A stretch of DNA of 64,000 nucleotides from Patescibacteria group bacterium (GTDB lineage Bacteria; Patescibacteriota; WWE3; 2-01-FULL-39-13): the NCBI GenBank assembly GCA_048499955.1, contig JASNYX010000002.1:68513-132512 (forward strand). The letters are read 5' to 3'. The stretch's first letter is position 1. Each line of letters opens with the position of its first letter. A program made the position numbers and the translations under genes. Under the pieces are notes generated by a model. That model saw nothing but the letters and a program-made list of their open reading frames with translations. It had not been told where the DNA came from and searched no databases. Of this stretch, positions 11,125 to 21,948 are shown in pieces.

Positions 11125-12939
11125 CTATTGCAAAGTATTATCAGCCTCATCAGAACGTTCGGTCTCTTCACACAACATTCGCCCCTCCGGATAAAGGTTT
11201 TCATTTCCATATATAAAAGTCACAGGGTAATTCTCAGAATAAATAGTATGCAACAATTTATACCGTTCAGGAAGATCCTGTGCTTTGTAATATTGCCAAC
11301 TGTGGGGACCCTCTACAATAATCATATTATCAGCGTCTGTTTCGACTTCCCAACGATCAAGCTTTTTCTGATCAAATTGCAGGTAGAAATAAGTGATCGA
11401 GTTCTTTTCGTTCGAATTGAATGTTCCAACGAGACAACCTTTTTCGTATAAATTCGCGACCTGCTCCCAGCCTCGATAGTTGTTAAAACCAAAAACTCCT
11501 TCAATCTTTTCATGTCGAACTCGCTTAATCCGATAGATTTCATATCCCAAAAAATCTTTGTCCCACCAAGGATATTCAGGTGATCTGTCCGCAAATACAA
11601 CATAATTAACTCCTGAAACAAATACCAGAACAGATGTAAGTAAACCTAGTAAAGTCCATTTCAAATATTCATATTTAAATTTACTCAAAAGGAAAATAAC
11701 CCCTTGCCCGGCTAGTATGAATAAAGGCATCATCGAAACATACACATGTGTACGAGCATCCCTCATTATATAAAAGTAGAAGCAATACGCACCTAAAAAC
11801 CAGGCCACTAACGCAGCCTTATACCACGGCACGCGTTTATATATTGTTAAAATTCCTACAACAGCTAGAGAAGCAAACAGCACTAATAAGGAAGAGGCTC
11901 TCGGTTTGATGGGATACAAACTAAACCATGAAACAAATAAGATTCCTGCAATTAATGACAAATATAGCGTTCTAAAAATTTGTTTTCCCAACACAAAACG
12001 TTTGATCTTAAAAGTATCAAAGTATTCAACATACGAAGCGATCCCTATTAAACCTAATACAAAAAATAAATAAATGAAAAACTTAGGGATATACATGGTT
12101 AGAAGCTTTAATGATAATGCAGTGCCGGGCATGAATAGGTTCAATATGGAGTTAAATTCTCCTCCAAATAACCTTCCCTGCAAGTACCCGGAGGTTGTTT
12201 CATCAAAAGCCTGATTCGTATAGAACGGAACATAGTAAACCAAAGCCAATCCCATAGCTAGGGTAAAAAACAGAAGTGATCCCTTTGTAAATCTAATAAT
12301 TACCTCTTTAATAGGTTTCTCGTGAAGTTTGATTTCGCGGTGTGCGAAGGCTAAAAATCCAATAATAAAAAAGGGCATCACTGACATAGTGTCGTAGTGA
12401 ATAAGCAGACTTACTGCTGTCAGAACCCCTGAAAGTGTCAGATTACGGTAATTTATTCCTGAATCACTAAATGATTTTATGAAAACCCATACGGCAATAG
12501 GAACAAGAAAATACATTAAAGCCTGATACTGTGTAATTCTGGCAAAAGCAATGAATAATCCGTTAACTGACATTAGTAGCACAGCTATCAATGCAACATT
12601 TCGATCGAATATTTTTCGTGCCAAATTATAGGTAGTGAGAAGTGCCAGGACTCCGAAAATCATGTAAGGCAAACGGATAAAGACTTCCCCATGATATCCG
12701 AAGACCCAGGTATTAAAGATATTCAGCAAATACTGGACCGGACCTCGCTTTTGAGACATAAGGTAATTCCAGACACCGTCTTTCATCATATAAAGAAAAT
12801 CGATTGTATTGACCTCATCTCCCTGAAAATTTGAATATCCCAAACCTTGGAATCTTATGTAAACCGCAAAAATAATAAGTAGAAACGACACTACGGTAAA
12901 CCAAACCGGGAAGCTGTATTTTTTAATAAATTGGAGCAT
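11125..12939 (-). CDS. GT-C fold membrane glycosyltransferase (PMT_2-like)
   Basis: FQGDE after TM1, GPVQY, RLPY, ARITQYQ, HY motifs; many TM helices. Confidence 0.8.
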   Translation of the reverse strand: MLQFIKKYSFPVWFTVVSFLLIIFAVYIRFQGLGYSNFQGDEVNTIDFLYMMKDGVWNYLMSQKRGPVQYLLNIFNTWVFGYHGEVFIRLPYMIFGVLALLTTYNLARKIFDRNVALIAVLLMSVNGLFIAFARITQYQALMYFLVPIAVWVFIKSFSDSGINYRNLTLSGVLTAVSLLIHYDTMSVMPFFIIGFLAFAHREIKLHEKPIKEVIIRFTKGSLLFFTLAMGLALVYYVPFYTNQAFDETTSGYLQGRLFGGEFNSILNLFMPGTALSLKLLTMYIPKFFIYLFFVLGLIGIASYVEYFDTFKIKRFVLGKQIFRTLYLSLIAGILFVSWFSLYPIKPRASSLLVLFASLAVVGILTIYKRVPWYKAALVAWFLGAYCFYFYIMRDARTHVYVSMMPLFILAGQGVIFLLSKFKYEYLKWTLLGLLTSVLVFVSGVNYVVFADRSPEYPWWDKDFLGYEIYRIKRVRHEKIEGVFGFNNYRGWEQVANLYEKGCLVGTFNSNEKNSITYFYLQFDQKKLDRWEVETDADNMIIVEGPHSWQYYKAQDLPERYKLLHTIYSENYPVTFIYGNENLYPEGRMLCEETERSDEADNTLQ

Positions 12940-12942
12940 AGA

Positions 12943-14172
12943 TTATATCTGCAGAACTTCTATATACTTGGAAATCATAGCGTTTTTACTGAATTTTTTA
13001 AAGCCTTTCTCTGTTGCGTTTAAACTTAACTTAGCCAACATTTCCCGATCTACATATAATAGCTTTATCTTATCTGCCAAGTCTGAAGCCGAATACGAAA
13101 CAAATAGGCCGTTAATACCATCTTGAATTAGGTCTTTTAATCCGCCTTTTTCTGTGCAAACAACGGGTAACCCGGAACAAAAGGCTTCAGAAACGGTCAC
13201 AGGATGCCCTTCTTCCCGCCTTGTAGGTAAAACGAACACATGACAGTGTTGATAATATTCAGACAACTTGGAGTTTTCAACCCCGCCCAAAAACGCAACC
13301 TCATTATCCAGTAAACCGTATCGTTGGGCTTGAGGTTTAAACCTTTCAATATCGGAACCGGTTCCAATTAATTTTGCATATACCGGGATACCGCCATTCT
13401 TCAAAATAGAAATCGCATCTATTATCAGATCAATACCCTTCTCAACCTGCATTCTTCCTACATATAATATTGTAAAGAGTGGGTACTTTTCTTTTCCCGG
13501 TTTAAAAACCTCAGTGTCCACACCATTATTGATAACAGCAGTTTTACCAAACAAACTAGGATAGTCTCCTAAAAAACTGTTTTTTAAGTCATCACTAACA
13601 GAGATTATTCCCCTACACTTTTCAAAAAACTGCTTATTTTTGAATACTGATTCCCATTTCAGACGAGGAAAATCTAATAATAAAAACCGAGCGAGGCTTT
13701 TTATTCCGGTTGCGGAACGTAGACGGTTTTTAATTTCGGCATTAATAGTTCCATGAATTATTGAGTAAATGGGTATATCAACGCTCTGGTAAACACCATA
13801 TGCGGCGGTGCTCTGACTAATAATTAAATCCAACTTATCATTTGTATGCAGATCCTTGAGGTTCTTTAAACTTTCCTCAAAATAATTTTTTGATCCCAAC
13901 TTTTCGACTTTTAGCAATCCCAACTTATAAAATAGTTTTTCCCAAGTGTTTAAAGGATATTGACCCGGAGTTGTATTACCAATGAAATAGTACTTAACTC
14001 CGTTGATCAATTCCAAAATATTTTCGTTCTGATCTTGTGATTTAGCAGTAGTTATAACCGTAACGGAATGCCCGGCTTCCACCAAACCTTCGCATAAAGT
14101 TTTCAAATGAGTTTCCATTCCTCCTGAAATAAAATGGTGAGTGGTAGAGCGTGAGAAAACTACAATTTTCAT
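12943..14172 (-). CDS. GT4 glycosyltransferase
   Basis: GGME, NGVD, YVGRMQVEKG, EGHPVTVSEA (EX7E) motifs. Confidence 0.9.
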   Translation of the reverse strand: MKIVVFSRSTTHHFISGGMETHLKTLCEGLVEAGHSVTVITTAKSQDQNENILELINGVKYYFIGNTTPGQYPLNTWEKLFYKLGLLKVEKLGSKNYFEESLKNLKDLHTNDKLDLIISQSTAAYGVYQSVDIPIYSIIHGTINAEIKNRLRSATGIKSLARFLLLDFPRLKWESVFKNKQFFEKCRGIISVSDDLKNSFLGDYPSLFGKTAVINNGVDTEVFKPGKEKYPLFTILYVGRMQVEKGIDLIIDAISILKNGGIPVYAKLIGTGSDIERFKPQAQRYGLLDNEVAFLGGVENSKLSEYYQHCHVFVLPTRREEGHPVTVSEAFCSGLPVVCTEKGGLKDLIQDGINGLFVSYSASDLADKIKLLYVDREMLAKLSLNATEKGFKKFSKNAMISKYIEVLQI

Positions 14173-15302
14173 ATTAGTTGTTTGAAAACATTAATATACT
14201 GAAGAGCAATTTTGTTCCAACCATATTTTTCGACTAAATCTAAACCGTTTACAGACAATCTCATCCGGAGTCCACTGCTGGCATACATCTCTTTTATTTT
14301 TGAAACAAGATCTTCTACATTTTCATTTTCAAAAAACAAACAGGACTTCTGATCATCCAACAAATCAATCAAACCTCCGGTTTTTGAAGCAATTAAAGGA
14401 ACTCCTGCGGCCAGAAATTCGAGCGAAACGATTCCAAACGGCTCATTTCTTGAAGGCATAACACCAAAAACAGCACCTTTCATCATGCCTATTTTCTGAT
14501 CATGTGTGAGTTTTCCTTCAGTAAATAAAACTTTGTCATTAATTTGCAAATGACCAACAAGAGTTTTGAGATATTCTAACTCATCTCCCAAACCTTCAAT
14601 GACCAACTTTAGATCTGGAATATTAGCTTTTGAAAATGCCTTAATCAATATGTCTGCCCCTTTTTTCTTTACTAATCGTCCCACAAAGAAAATATACGAC
14701 TCCTTGAAAATTTTTGATTGTGGAACCGAAGTAATATATTCCAGATCTAAACCATTTGGTATGATAAGCACCTTATTTTTTAGTTCTGCATTATATTTGG
14801 CTACCTCCTCTTTCATATATGAGGAATTTACGAGAATCTTTTGACTAGAAATCAATAGTTTGCTGATAAAAAATTTATACCCGGGCATTCGTGCAAAAAC
14901 CATAATGTCATTACCATGTATGCTGGTTACGATGGGTATATTTCTAAAAACTTTGGAAATAATCCACACATACAAAGAGGCGTCGTCGGGGAAATGAAAA
15001 TTAATAACATCCGGTCGACTCGTCTTTACATATCGATATAGTGCCGCGATACTCAGGGGGAACCTTACGATAAATGCTAAATAGCCGAGCTTACTACGAG
15101 GAACGGACATCCAAATTCTTTTCACCCTATACCCATCACGCATAGTCTCTTCATCTTCAACGTCAAAGAAACGGCTGTTAAGAGAAGTCAGCACATTAGT
15201 CTTAACTTTTTGACCTGTAAAGGCTTTTGCCAGATATTCCACTACATTTTCGACCCCACCAATATGAGGGTGAAATCTTGTCGAAATCATTAATAATTTC
15301 AT
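14169..15302 (-). CDS. GT4 glycosyltransferase
   Basis: HPHIGGVE, IPNG, FVGRLVKKKG, EPFGIVSLE motifs. Confidence 0.9.
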   Translation of the reverse strand: MKLLMISTRFHPHIGGVENVVEYLAKAFTGQKVKTNVLTSLNSRFFDVEDEETMRDGYRVKRIWMSVPRSKLGYLAFIVRFPLSIAALYRYVKTSRPDVINFHFPDDASLYVWIISKVFRNIPIVTSIHGNDIMVFARMPGYKFFISKLLISSQKILVNSSYMKEEVAKYNAELKNKVLIIPNGLDLEYITSVPQSKIFKESYIFFVGRLVKKKGADILIKAFSKANIPDLKLVIEGLGDELEYLKTLVGHLQINDKVLFTEGKLTHDQKIGMMKGAVFGVMPSRNEPFGIVSLEFLAAGVPLIASKTGGLIDLLDDQKSCLFFENENVEDLVSKIKEMYASSGLRMRLSVNGLDLVEKYGWNKIALQYINVFKQLI

Positions 15303-15418
15303 ATTTTCATTTAACTTTCTATTTCCCGGTAATTCCGCGATAACTCATTAGTCAAATATTACACTAAATACAATAAGTGACCATTATTAAGCCTATAGGA
15401 AACATAGAAATGAGGATC

Positions 15419-16369
15419 TTAACTAACGAGCCTTTCATATATACTCTCTAGTTCTCTGACCCTAGTTTTCCAACTAAATAGCTTAGAGGCGATTTCAACA
15501 TCTACGGTTAGATCCCCTTCACATATATTTTTTATGTGTTTGGCAATAATTCTTGGAGCAATGGACTCCATAGTGACCAATCCGTCAAATTTATAGTCAT
15601 CTATCGGGTAAAGAACCACGGTACCGCACATCAAAGCTTCATGAGCTTTAAACACTTCGTCGAATTCCTTCGATGGAGTTACGTAAATGTTTGATTCTCT
15701 GCATTTGTCTCGGAATAATTTCTCGTCGTATTCGGAAATTATTTCCACCTTAGATTCGACTCCAAGATTTGATATTAAATCCTTCATCTGATCATAATAT
15801 GATTGATCAAAAATTCTACCCATGCATGTAAGGAAATACTCTGCAGGTAAATATTTCATTGCTTCAATCACGACATACATCTTTGAACCACTATAGAAAT
15901 CCCCGCAACTCAAAAGTTCTTTTTTAAATGACAGCTGTTTCAGAGCCTGTGGATATAGAGCATCTTCATCAGCACCGTTAATCATAAGCTCGTTTTTGCC
16001 TCGAGCTTTTATATTTCTACGAAAAACTTTTAACAACTCACTGTGTGGAAATAAGAAAATATCCGGAACGTCCTTTAATTTTTTGTTCAAATCATTAAAA
16101 CTTTCCATTGCCGGGATATCAGTAAAATGACAAATGACTTTCGCCTTTTTAAATATTCCTAACAATTTTTCTATACGAAGAATTGATTTAGGCGGGTCAT
16201 ACAAATGTATAATATTAAAGCCTTTAACCCCAGAAGTTATCCTTTTCACAAAATAGGCATTAAAGCTATGTGTAACTCGGTAAGCTATTCCCCTCTTTAA
16301 CCCATTCATAAACCTATAGGGGAATTCCTTTTTATCAAATTTGCTCGGGATGTAATACAAAACTTTCAT
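15419..16369 (-). CDS. Divergent GT4-like protein
   Basis: GT-B-like C-terminal half (VIEAMKYL, YVTPS, EALMCG, FSW) but the EX7E and GR..K motifs are degenerate. Confidence 0.5.
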   Translation of the reverse strand: MKVLYYIPSKFDKKEFPYRFMNGLKRGIAYRVTHSFNAYFVKRITSGVKGFNIIHLYDPPKSILRIEKLLGIFKKAKVICHFTDIPAMESFNDLNKKLKDVPDIFLFPHSELLKVFRRNIKARGKNELMINGADEDALYPQALKQLSFKKELLSCGDFYSGSKMYVVIEAMKYLPAEYFLTCMGRIFDQSYYDQMKDLISNLGVESKVEIISEYDEKLFRDKCRESNIYVTPSKEFDEVFKAHEALMCGTVVLYPIDDYKFDGLVTMESIAPRIIAKHIKNICEGDLTVDVEIASKLFSWKTRVRELESIYERLVS

Positions 16370-16493
16370 TTTAGGCTCGATGATTAATTATTTATGTCAA
16401 CAAAGGCAAAAGCAGACGACGAAATTATTACAAGTTAACGAAATGGAAAACAATTCACTGACACTTTTCACACTTTCACTATATAATTGTTAC

Positions 16494-18308
16494 ATGGATA
16501 ATACAGAAAAAAGTTCGATCCGTACATGGAATTTAGCAGACTTATTTGAAAAGGATGATGACCCTGCAATAGAAAAATATAAAAGGTCCATCGAAGCAGC
16601 CTATAAAAAATTTATTAACGATTGGAAGAATCGTACCGATTATCTTGAGAATCCTTCAGTACTCAAAACTGCACTTGATGAGTATGAATTGCTGGTAAGA
16701 GAATACGGGGGTGGAGGAAAACTCGGATACTACCTTTCGCTTAGAACTTCACAAGATTCACTAAATACAAATCTAAAAGCCGAAGAAAACAAATTCGATC
16801 AATTTATCCAAGAACTGGATAATGAAATCATGTTTTTCACTCACAATATTGCCAAGATTTCCCCTGAGGAACAACCAAAATTCCTCGAACACGAATCGCT
16901 AAGTCCTTACAAGCATTTTCTTAAACAAGCCTTTGATTCGGCAAAATACTTACTGAGCGAACCCGAGGAAAAAATTCTGAATCTACTAAGCGGTCCTAGT
17001 CACTCGAGTTGGACCAGGATGACTGATACATTTCTGAGTAAGGAAGAGCTTGAAACTTTAAACGAAGATGGGAGTAAATCGCTAAAGAACTTTTCTCAAA
17101 TACTAGGACTTATTAACAATAACAATAAAAGTGTCCGAGACGATGCAGCAAACGCACTAAATGAAATTCTGGAAAAACACGCGGATGCAGGTGAGAACGA
17201 GCTTAACGCTATTATGCAAACTAAAAAGATTTCAGATGAATTAAGAAAAATTAACAGACCTGATCTTGTAAGACATATTAGCGACGACATTGAATCAGAA
17301 ATCGTAGATCAACTTATAAAAGTAACTTCCGACTCTTTTGAAATTTCCAAAGAGTTCTATAAACTGAAGGCACAAATCTTAAATGTACCCAAGCTTGCAT
17401 ATCATGAAAGAAATATCTCAGTATCAACTACTTCGCAAAAATATACATACGATGAAAGTCTAAACCTTGTATTGAAGTCGTTTCGTAATTTGGATGAAGA
17501 ATTTTATACAATCGCCGAAAAATTAAATCATAATGGTTATATTGATGTTTTCCCTAAAAAAGGAAAACGCTCCGGGGCATTTTGTGCATATTTTAATCCC
17601 AATACACCAACATACGTTTTACTAAATCATACGGATGAGTTGAAAGACGTACTAACAATCGCACATGAGTTCGGTCATGCCATCAATAACGAATTGATGA
17701 AGAAGAAGCAAAATGCATTAAATTTTGGTACTCCGTTGGCCACAGCTGAAGTGTCCAGCACTTTTATGGAGGATTTTGTTCTTGAAGAGATTCTTAAAGA
17801 AGCTGATGACGAACTCAGATTTTCGATTCTGATGGACAAACTGAATGATGATGTTTCAACAATATTCAGGCAAGTAGCTTTTTACAAATTCGAATGGGAT
17901 CTGCACCGGGAATTCCGGGAAAAAGGATACCTCTCTAAAGATGAGATTGGCCAATTATTCCAAGATCATATGAAAGCCTATATGGGAGATTATGTAGACC
18001 ATCCGGATACCTCTAAAAACTGGTGGTTATTTGTTAATCACTTTAGATATTTCTTTTATGTATATTCATATGCAAGCGGGCTATTAATTTCCAAATCATT
18101 GCAAGGATCCGTAAAGAAAGATAAGGAATTCATTTCAAAAGTTAAAGATTTTATGTCTGAGGGAGAGTCCAAATCGCCTAAAGACATTTTTATGAACTTA
18201 GGAATCGATATATCACAAGAAGATTTCTGGAAAGTCGGGATTGAAGAAATCAAAACGCTACTCGAAGAAACAAAAACTCTCGCACGAGAATTAGGGAAAA
18301 TTTCTTAA
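16494..18308 (+). CDS. pepF: Oligoendopeptidase F (peptidase M3B)
   Basis: WNLADLF start, KGKRSGAFC, TIAHEFGHA (HExxH), AEVSSTFME, FYVYSYASG. Start 16494 follows TATAAT by 6 nt; ORF track start 16380 is probably over-extended. Confidence 0.9.
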   Translation: MDNTEKSSIRTWNLADLFEKDDDPAIEKYKRSIEAAYKKFINDWKNRTDYLENPSVLKTALDEYELLVREYGGGGKLGYYLSLRTSQDSLNTNLKAEENKFDQFIQELDNEIMFFTHNIAKISPEEQPKFLEHESLSPYKHFLKQAFDSAKYLLSEPEEKILNLLSGPSHSSWTRMTDTFLSKEELETLNEDGSKSLKNFSQILGLINNNNKSVRDDAANALNEILEKHADAGENELNAIMQTKKISDELRKINRPDLVRHISDDIESEIVDQLIKVTSDSFEISKEFYKLKAQILNVPKLAYHERNISVSTTSQKYTYDESLNLVLKSFRNLDEEFYTIAEKLNHNGYIDVFPKKGKRSGAFCAYFNPNTPTYVLLNHTDELKDVLTIAHEFGHAINNELMKKKQNALNFGTPLATAEVSSTFMEDFVLEEILKEADDELRFSILMDKLNDDVSTIFRQVAFYKFEWDLHREFREKGYLSKDEIGQLFQDHMKAYMGDYVDHPDTSKNWWLFVNHFRYFFYVYSYASGLLISKSLQGSVKKDKEFISKVKDFMSEGESKSPKDIFMNLGIDISQEDFWKVGIEEIKTLLEETKTLARELGKIS

Positions 18309-18336
18309 TATACCTGCGTACTTCAGTTAGCTTGTG

Positions 18337-19665
18337 TTACTTTCTACCGATAGCATGATACTCACACCCGAGGCCACGCATGATTAAAGGGTCAAGTAAA
18401 TTCCTACCATCAAAGACAACTTTAGATTTCATTGAGCCTAGCAGTTTAGAGTAATCATACTCAGAAAACTCTTTCCATTCGGTAAGGATCACAACACAAT
18501 CAACGCCATCAAAAACTTGATCGCCTGAATTACAATACTCGAGATAAGTGTCTCCTAACTCTATCTTAGAAGTTTCCATCGCAGCAGGATCATATAGCTT
18601 CAGACTCGCCCCAGCCCCTTTTAGAACTCTAATGATCTCGATAGCGGGAGATTTACGAACATCATCGGTTCCGTTCTTAAAAGCTGCACCAAGGACTCCT
18701 ATGTTTAAACCGTTTAGATTTTCGCCATACTTGTTAAAGATTTTCTCTAAAAAATAGTATCGTTGGCGACTGTTGGCATCCATAACACCCCTCAATAGTC
18801 GAAAATCGTAAAGGTTTTCGCTACTTGTTCTATAAAGTGCTTCAACATCTTTTGGAAAGCATGACCCGCCGTAACCTATACTAGCATTGAGAAATTTTGG
18901 CCCGATACGATTATCCATACCCATTCCATGAGCTACGGCTTTAACATCGGCACCGGTTCGCTCACATACTTGAGAAATCTCATTAATAAAGGCGATCTTA
19001 GTTGCCAGAAACGCATTAGATGCGTATTTAATCAGTTCTGCACTTTCGAGGTCAGACTTAATAATCGGAGAGTTAAGGTGAGCATATAAATCCTCGAGTA
19101 CCTTTAAAGCTGTTTCGGAATCAGATCCGATGATAATTCTGTCAGGATTTTGCGCATCGTATATAGACGTACCTTCCCTCAAAAACTCCGGGTTTGAAAC
19201 TATATCAAACAATATTTGTCGGCTTTCTGACTCAGATGATTGTCTTATCCGGTCTCCGACTCGCCTGTTTGTACCAACCGGGACAGTGCTTTTTGTCACA
19301 ACTACTTTGTATGCATTTTCAGGAATAAGCTGCCCTAATTTTGTTGCTACATCAAAAACATACCTAAGATCTGCGGCTCCCGATTGATTACTGGGAGTTC
19401 CCACACAAATAAAGATTATTTCGCCATGTTCAACAGCCATTTTATAATCTGTTGTTGCTCTAAAACGGCCTTCAGCTTTTACTTTAGCAACAAGTTCTTC
19501 TAGACCTTCTTCATATATAGGCATGATGCCTTGATTTAGCTTGTTAATTTTGTCTTCACTTATATCAAGACATGTAACGTCATTTCCCCAGTCAGCAAAA
19601 ACAGCACCGGAAACCAAACCAACATATCCTGCACCGATCACCGTTATTTTATAGTTTTTTTTCAT
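18337..19665 (-). CDS. ugd: UDP-glucose 6-dehydrogenase
   Basis: GAGYVG, ICVGTP, KSTVPVGT, NPEFLREG, KYASNAFLATKI, GGSCFPKD, DGRN. Confidence 0.95.
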   Translation of the reverse strand: MKKNYKITVIGAGYVGLVSGAVFADWGNDVTCLDISEDKINKLNQGIMPIYEEGLEELVAKVKAEGRFRATTDYKMAVEHGEIIFICVGTPSNQSGAADLRYVFDVATKLGQLIPENAYKVVVTKSTVPVGTNRRVGDRIRQSSESESRQILFDIVSNPEFLREGTSIYDAQNPDRIIIGSDSETALKVLEDLYAHLNSPIIKSDLESAELIKYASNAFLATKIAFINEISQVCERTGADVKAVAHGMGMDNRIGPKFLNASIGYGGSCFPKDVEALYRTSSENLYDFRLLRGVMDANSRQRYYFLEKIFNKYGENLNGLNIGVLGAAFKNGTDDVRKSPAIEIIRVLKGAGASLKLYDPAAMETSKIELGDTYLEYCNSGDQVFDGVDCVVILTEWKEFSEYDYSKLLGSMKSKVVFDGRNLLDPLIMRGLGCEYHAIGRK

Positions 19666-20423
19666 GAATATTTTCCCACTAATGAATTGAACTTTACCTG
19701 AAACACATCTCGAGCATTATAGTATGAGTCTTTGAAATTATGGACTTTACTATCCCCATCGTAAACCCAAGTTACAGGAACTTCCTTAATTTTATAACCT
19801 AACTTCTTAGCAAGATAAAGTATTTCCACATCAAAGGCTGATACACGTCCACCCTTTATCTCTTTATCTTGCAGGGAATACAATTTCGTACGTTTGAAAA
19901 TTTCCTGTATAACCGGGGTACGGAACATTTTAAATCCGCACTGAGTATCATTAATGCCCGGCAATACAGCTACTTGAACCAAGGCATTAAAAACTCTACC
20001 CATAATATGTCGAGTATTAGGTTCGTTTATCCTTTTTGCTCCGGTTCCTTCCCTCGAAGCAATCGCCACGTCATAATTTTGATTTTCAAGCCAGTTTAAA
20101 AGCTTAGGTGTTTCATCAATGGAAACAGATAAATCTACATCCGTGAAAAGCACGAATTTGCCGGAGGCCCTATTTATACCTGAAATAACAGTAACGGCTT
20201 TACCCCTGTGTATGTTTTCATGAAGAATCAAATTAGGCCAATCTCTTTGATATTTTTTTACGATATCACGAGTACGATCAGATGACCCATCATCGGAGAT
20301 AATCACTTCGTAAAGATAATCTTGTGATCGCATGAATCTGAAAATTTCTTTTATGCAACCTTCTATTCTTCTTTCCTCGTTATAAGCCGGAACTACAATC
20401 GAGAGATAAATACCTGAGGACAT
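19662..20423 (-). CDS. GT2, polyprenyl-phosphate beta-glucosyltransferase (ALG5-like)
   Basis: VVPAYNEERRI, DDGSSD, TDVDLS, DTQCGFKMF, FDVEILYLA. Confidence 0.85.
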   Translation of the reverse strand: MSSGIYLSIVVPAYNEERRIEGCIKEIFRFMRSQDYLYEVIISDDGSSDRTRDIVKKYQRDWPNLILHENIHRGKAVTVISGINRASGKFVLFTDVDLSVSIDETPKLLNWLENQNYDVAIASREGTGAKRINEPNTRHIMGRVFNALVQVAVLPGINDTQCGFKMFRTPVIQEIFKRTKLYSLQDKEIKGGRVSAFDVEILYLAKKLGYKIKEVPVTWVYDGDSKVHNFKDSYYNARDVFQVKFNSLVGKYS

Positions 20424-20477
20424 ATTATCTTTATTCTAGAGCCCATCACAAAACTAAGCAAACCGATTTTTGGGAGT

Positions 20478-21659
20478 TCATTTTACTTTCCAGATGAACC
20501 TCTTGTAAAAGTAGAAGTTCCACACTAAACCTAAAAGAATACCTACTATTTGATATATATAATTTTGGATCAATCCGACGCCAAACAACGAGGCGAGAGC
20601 TTGGCCTACAAACAACTGGATTATAATGGCACCCGTAACAACAAGATGGTTTTTAAGAAAACCACGAATAAGCTTTGTTCCATGGAGTCTACTATCTCCG
20701 AATGCCCATCGATTATTGATTGTAAAGGCAGTAAGTATTCCAACCTCTATTGAAAGTAGTTGGGAAATCAAAAATCTAGGATGAATTTCAAATCCAAACA
20801 GCACTCCATTGAGAGGGAGTCCAAAAATATTCTGATTTTCAATTATTCCATGGAAAATCGCGTATACAAATAGTTGAGAAACAGCTCCACCTCCGCCTGC
20901 AATGGCAACCTTACCCAATCGTGATTTAATAAAATCATTAATTCTCAGCTCAACAATAAATTTGAACGCATTAAAGAAATATTCAGAAGTCATCTTAGAT
21001 TTTCCTGCGATTCTATCCCTAAATTTATAAGGTATTTCAAAAGGTTTAAAACCTGATCTTATTGGCTCGATTCCAAGTGCGATAACAAAAGTATATCCGC
21101 TGTATCTATAACCGATTTTGTCTTTTATATTCTCAAAAACCTCCCTGGTAAAACTTTTAAAGCCTGAGGTGAAATCAGTAAGCCCATAGTTAAAAAACAT
21201 TGTTCTCGCAAATATATTACCTCCGTAGCTTAGTAATTTGCGGTGAAATGCCCACTCATCCGGAATTCCTCCACCTCGTTTATATCTGGAACCCGAAATA
21301 AATTTATAGCCTTCCGCCAGTTTTCTTACCATTTGAGGAATCAGCTTATGATCATGTGATAAATCAGCATCAAAGGTCACCACAGCATCCGCATTAAGTT
21401 TTTCGAACGCGTGTTTCATAGCATCTGTATATGCAGCACCTAGCCCTCTTTTTGTTCCCTCGACAATCAAATGAATATTAGAATATTGGACTTGTAAATC
21501 CCTCACAATATCAGCAGTTCCGTCAGGAGAATTTCCATCCGTGACTAAAATGCTCATATCGTGATCTGATGTTTCCTTGAAAGTTTCTTCTAGAGTTTTT
21601 ATTGTATCAGCAATATTTTCCGCCTCATTATAAGTAGGGACAATAACGACAATTTTCAT
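20478..21659 (-). CDS. GT2 DPM1-like synthase fused to C-terminal GtrA-like flippase domain
   Basis: PTYNEAENI, DGNSPDGT, GLG, DADLSH, DFTSGF; C-terminal hydrophobic segment with NNRWAF and WNFYFYKRFIW typical of GtrA. Confidence 0.85.
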   Translation of the reverse strand: MKIVVIVPTYNEAENIADTIKTLEETFKETSDHDMSILVTDGNSPDGTADIVRDLQVQYSNIHLIVEGTKRGLGAAYTDAMKHAFEKLNADAVVTFDADLSHDHKLIPQMVRKLAEGYKFISGSRYKRGGGIPDEWAFHRKLLSYGGNIFARTMFFNYGLTDFTSGFKSFTREVFENIKDKIGYRYSGYTFVIALGIEPIRSGFKPFEIPYKFRDRIAGKSKMTSEYFFNAFKFIVELRINDFIKSRLGKVAIAGGGGAVSQLFVYAIFHGIIENQNIFGLPLNGVLFGFEIHPRFLISQLLSIEVGILTAFTINNRWAFGDSRLHGTKLIRGFLKNHLVVTGAIIIQLFVGQALASLFGVGLIQNYIYQIVGILLGLVWNFYFYKRFIWKVK

Positions 21660-21674
21660 AGGGGAGCCTTATTT

Positions 21675-21941
21675 TCAAAAAAATCTTATGATTCCCAAGC
21701 CTAGTGCGGCAAGCAATATGACCAAAAGGGAAACCAAAGAATACTCAACTAAAACCAAAGTATTTAAGCGGTCTTTCGAGTAGTGATGCCAACACCCCCA
21801 GATAACATAAAGAACCGCATCCACAAAAATTATGAAAAAACGGCTAGCAGTATCCGCAGTATAATTAAATATCATAGAAGAAACAGCTAAGATAGCAAAA
21901 AGTACCAGGAACTGAAAAACTTCCAGAGTGCTTATTTTCAT
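21675..21941 (-). CDS. Small membrane protein (about 3 TM), unknown function
   Basis: Hydrophobic ORF with YVIWGCWHH and VEY motifs; start 21941 is 6 nt after TATAAT. Confidence 0.6.
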   Translation of the reverse strand: MKISTLEVFQFLVLFAILAVSSMIFNYTADTASRFFIIFVDAVLYVIWGCWHHYSKDRLNTLVLVEYSLVSLLVILLAALGLGIIRFF

Positions 21942-21948
21942 AGTGATA

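Noticed and set aside
16380-16493. N-terminal extension of pepF in the ORF track
   Set aside because: The region contains the promoter (CTGACA-18-TATAAT), and family similarity begins after Met at 16494.
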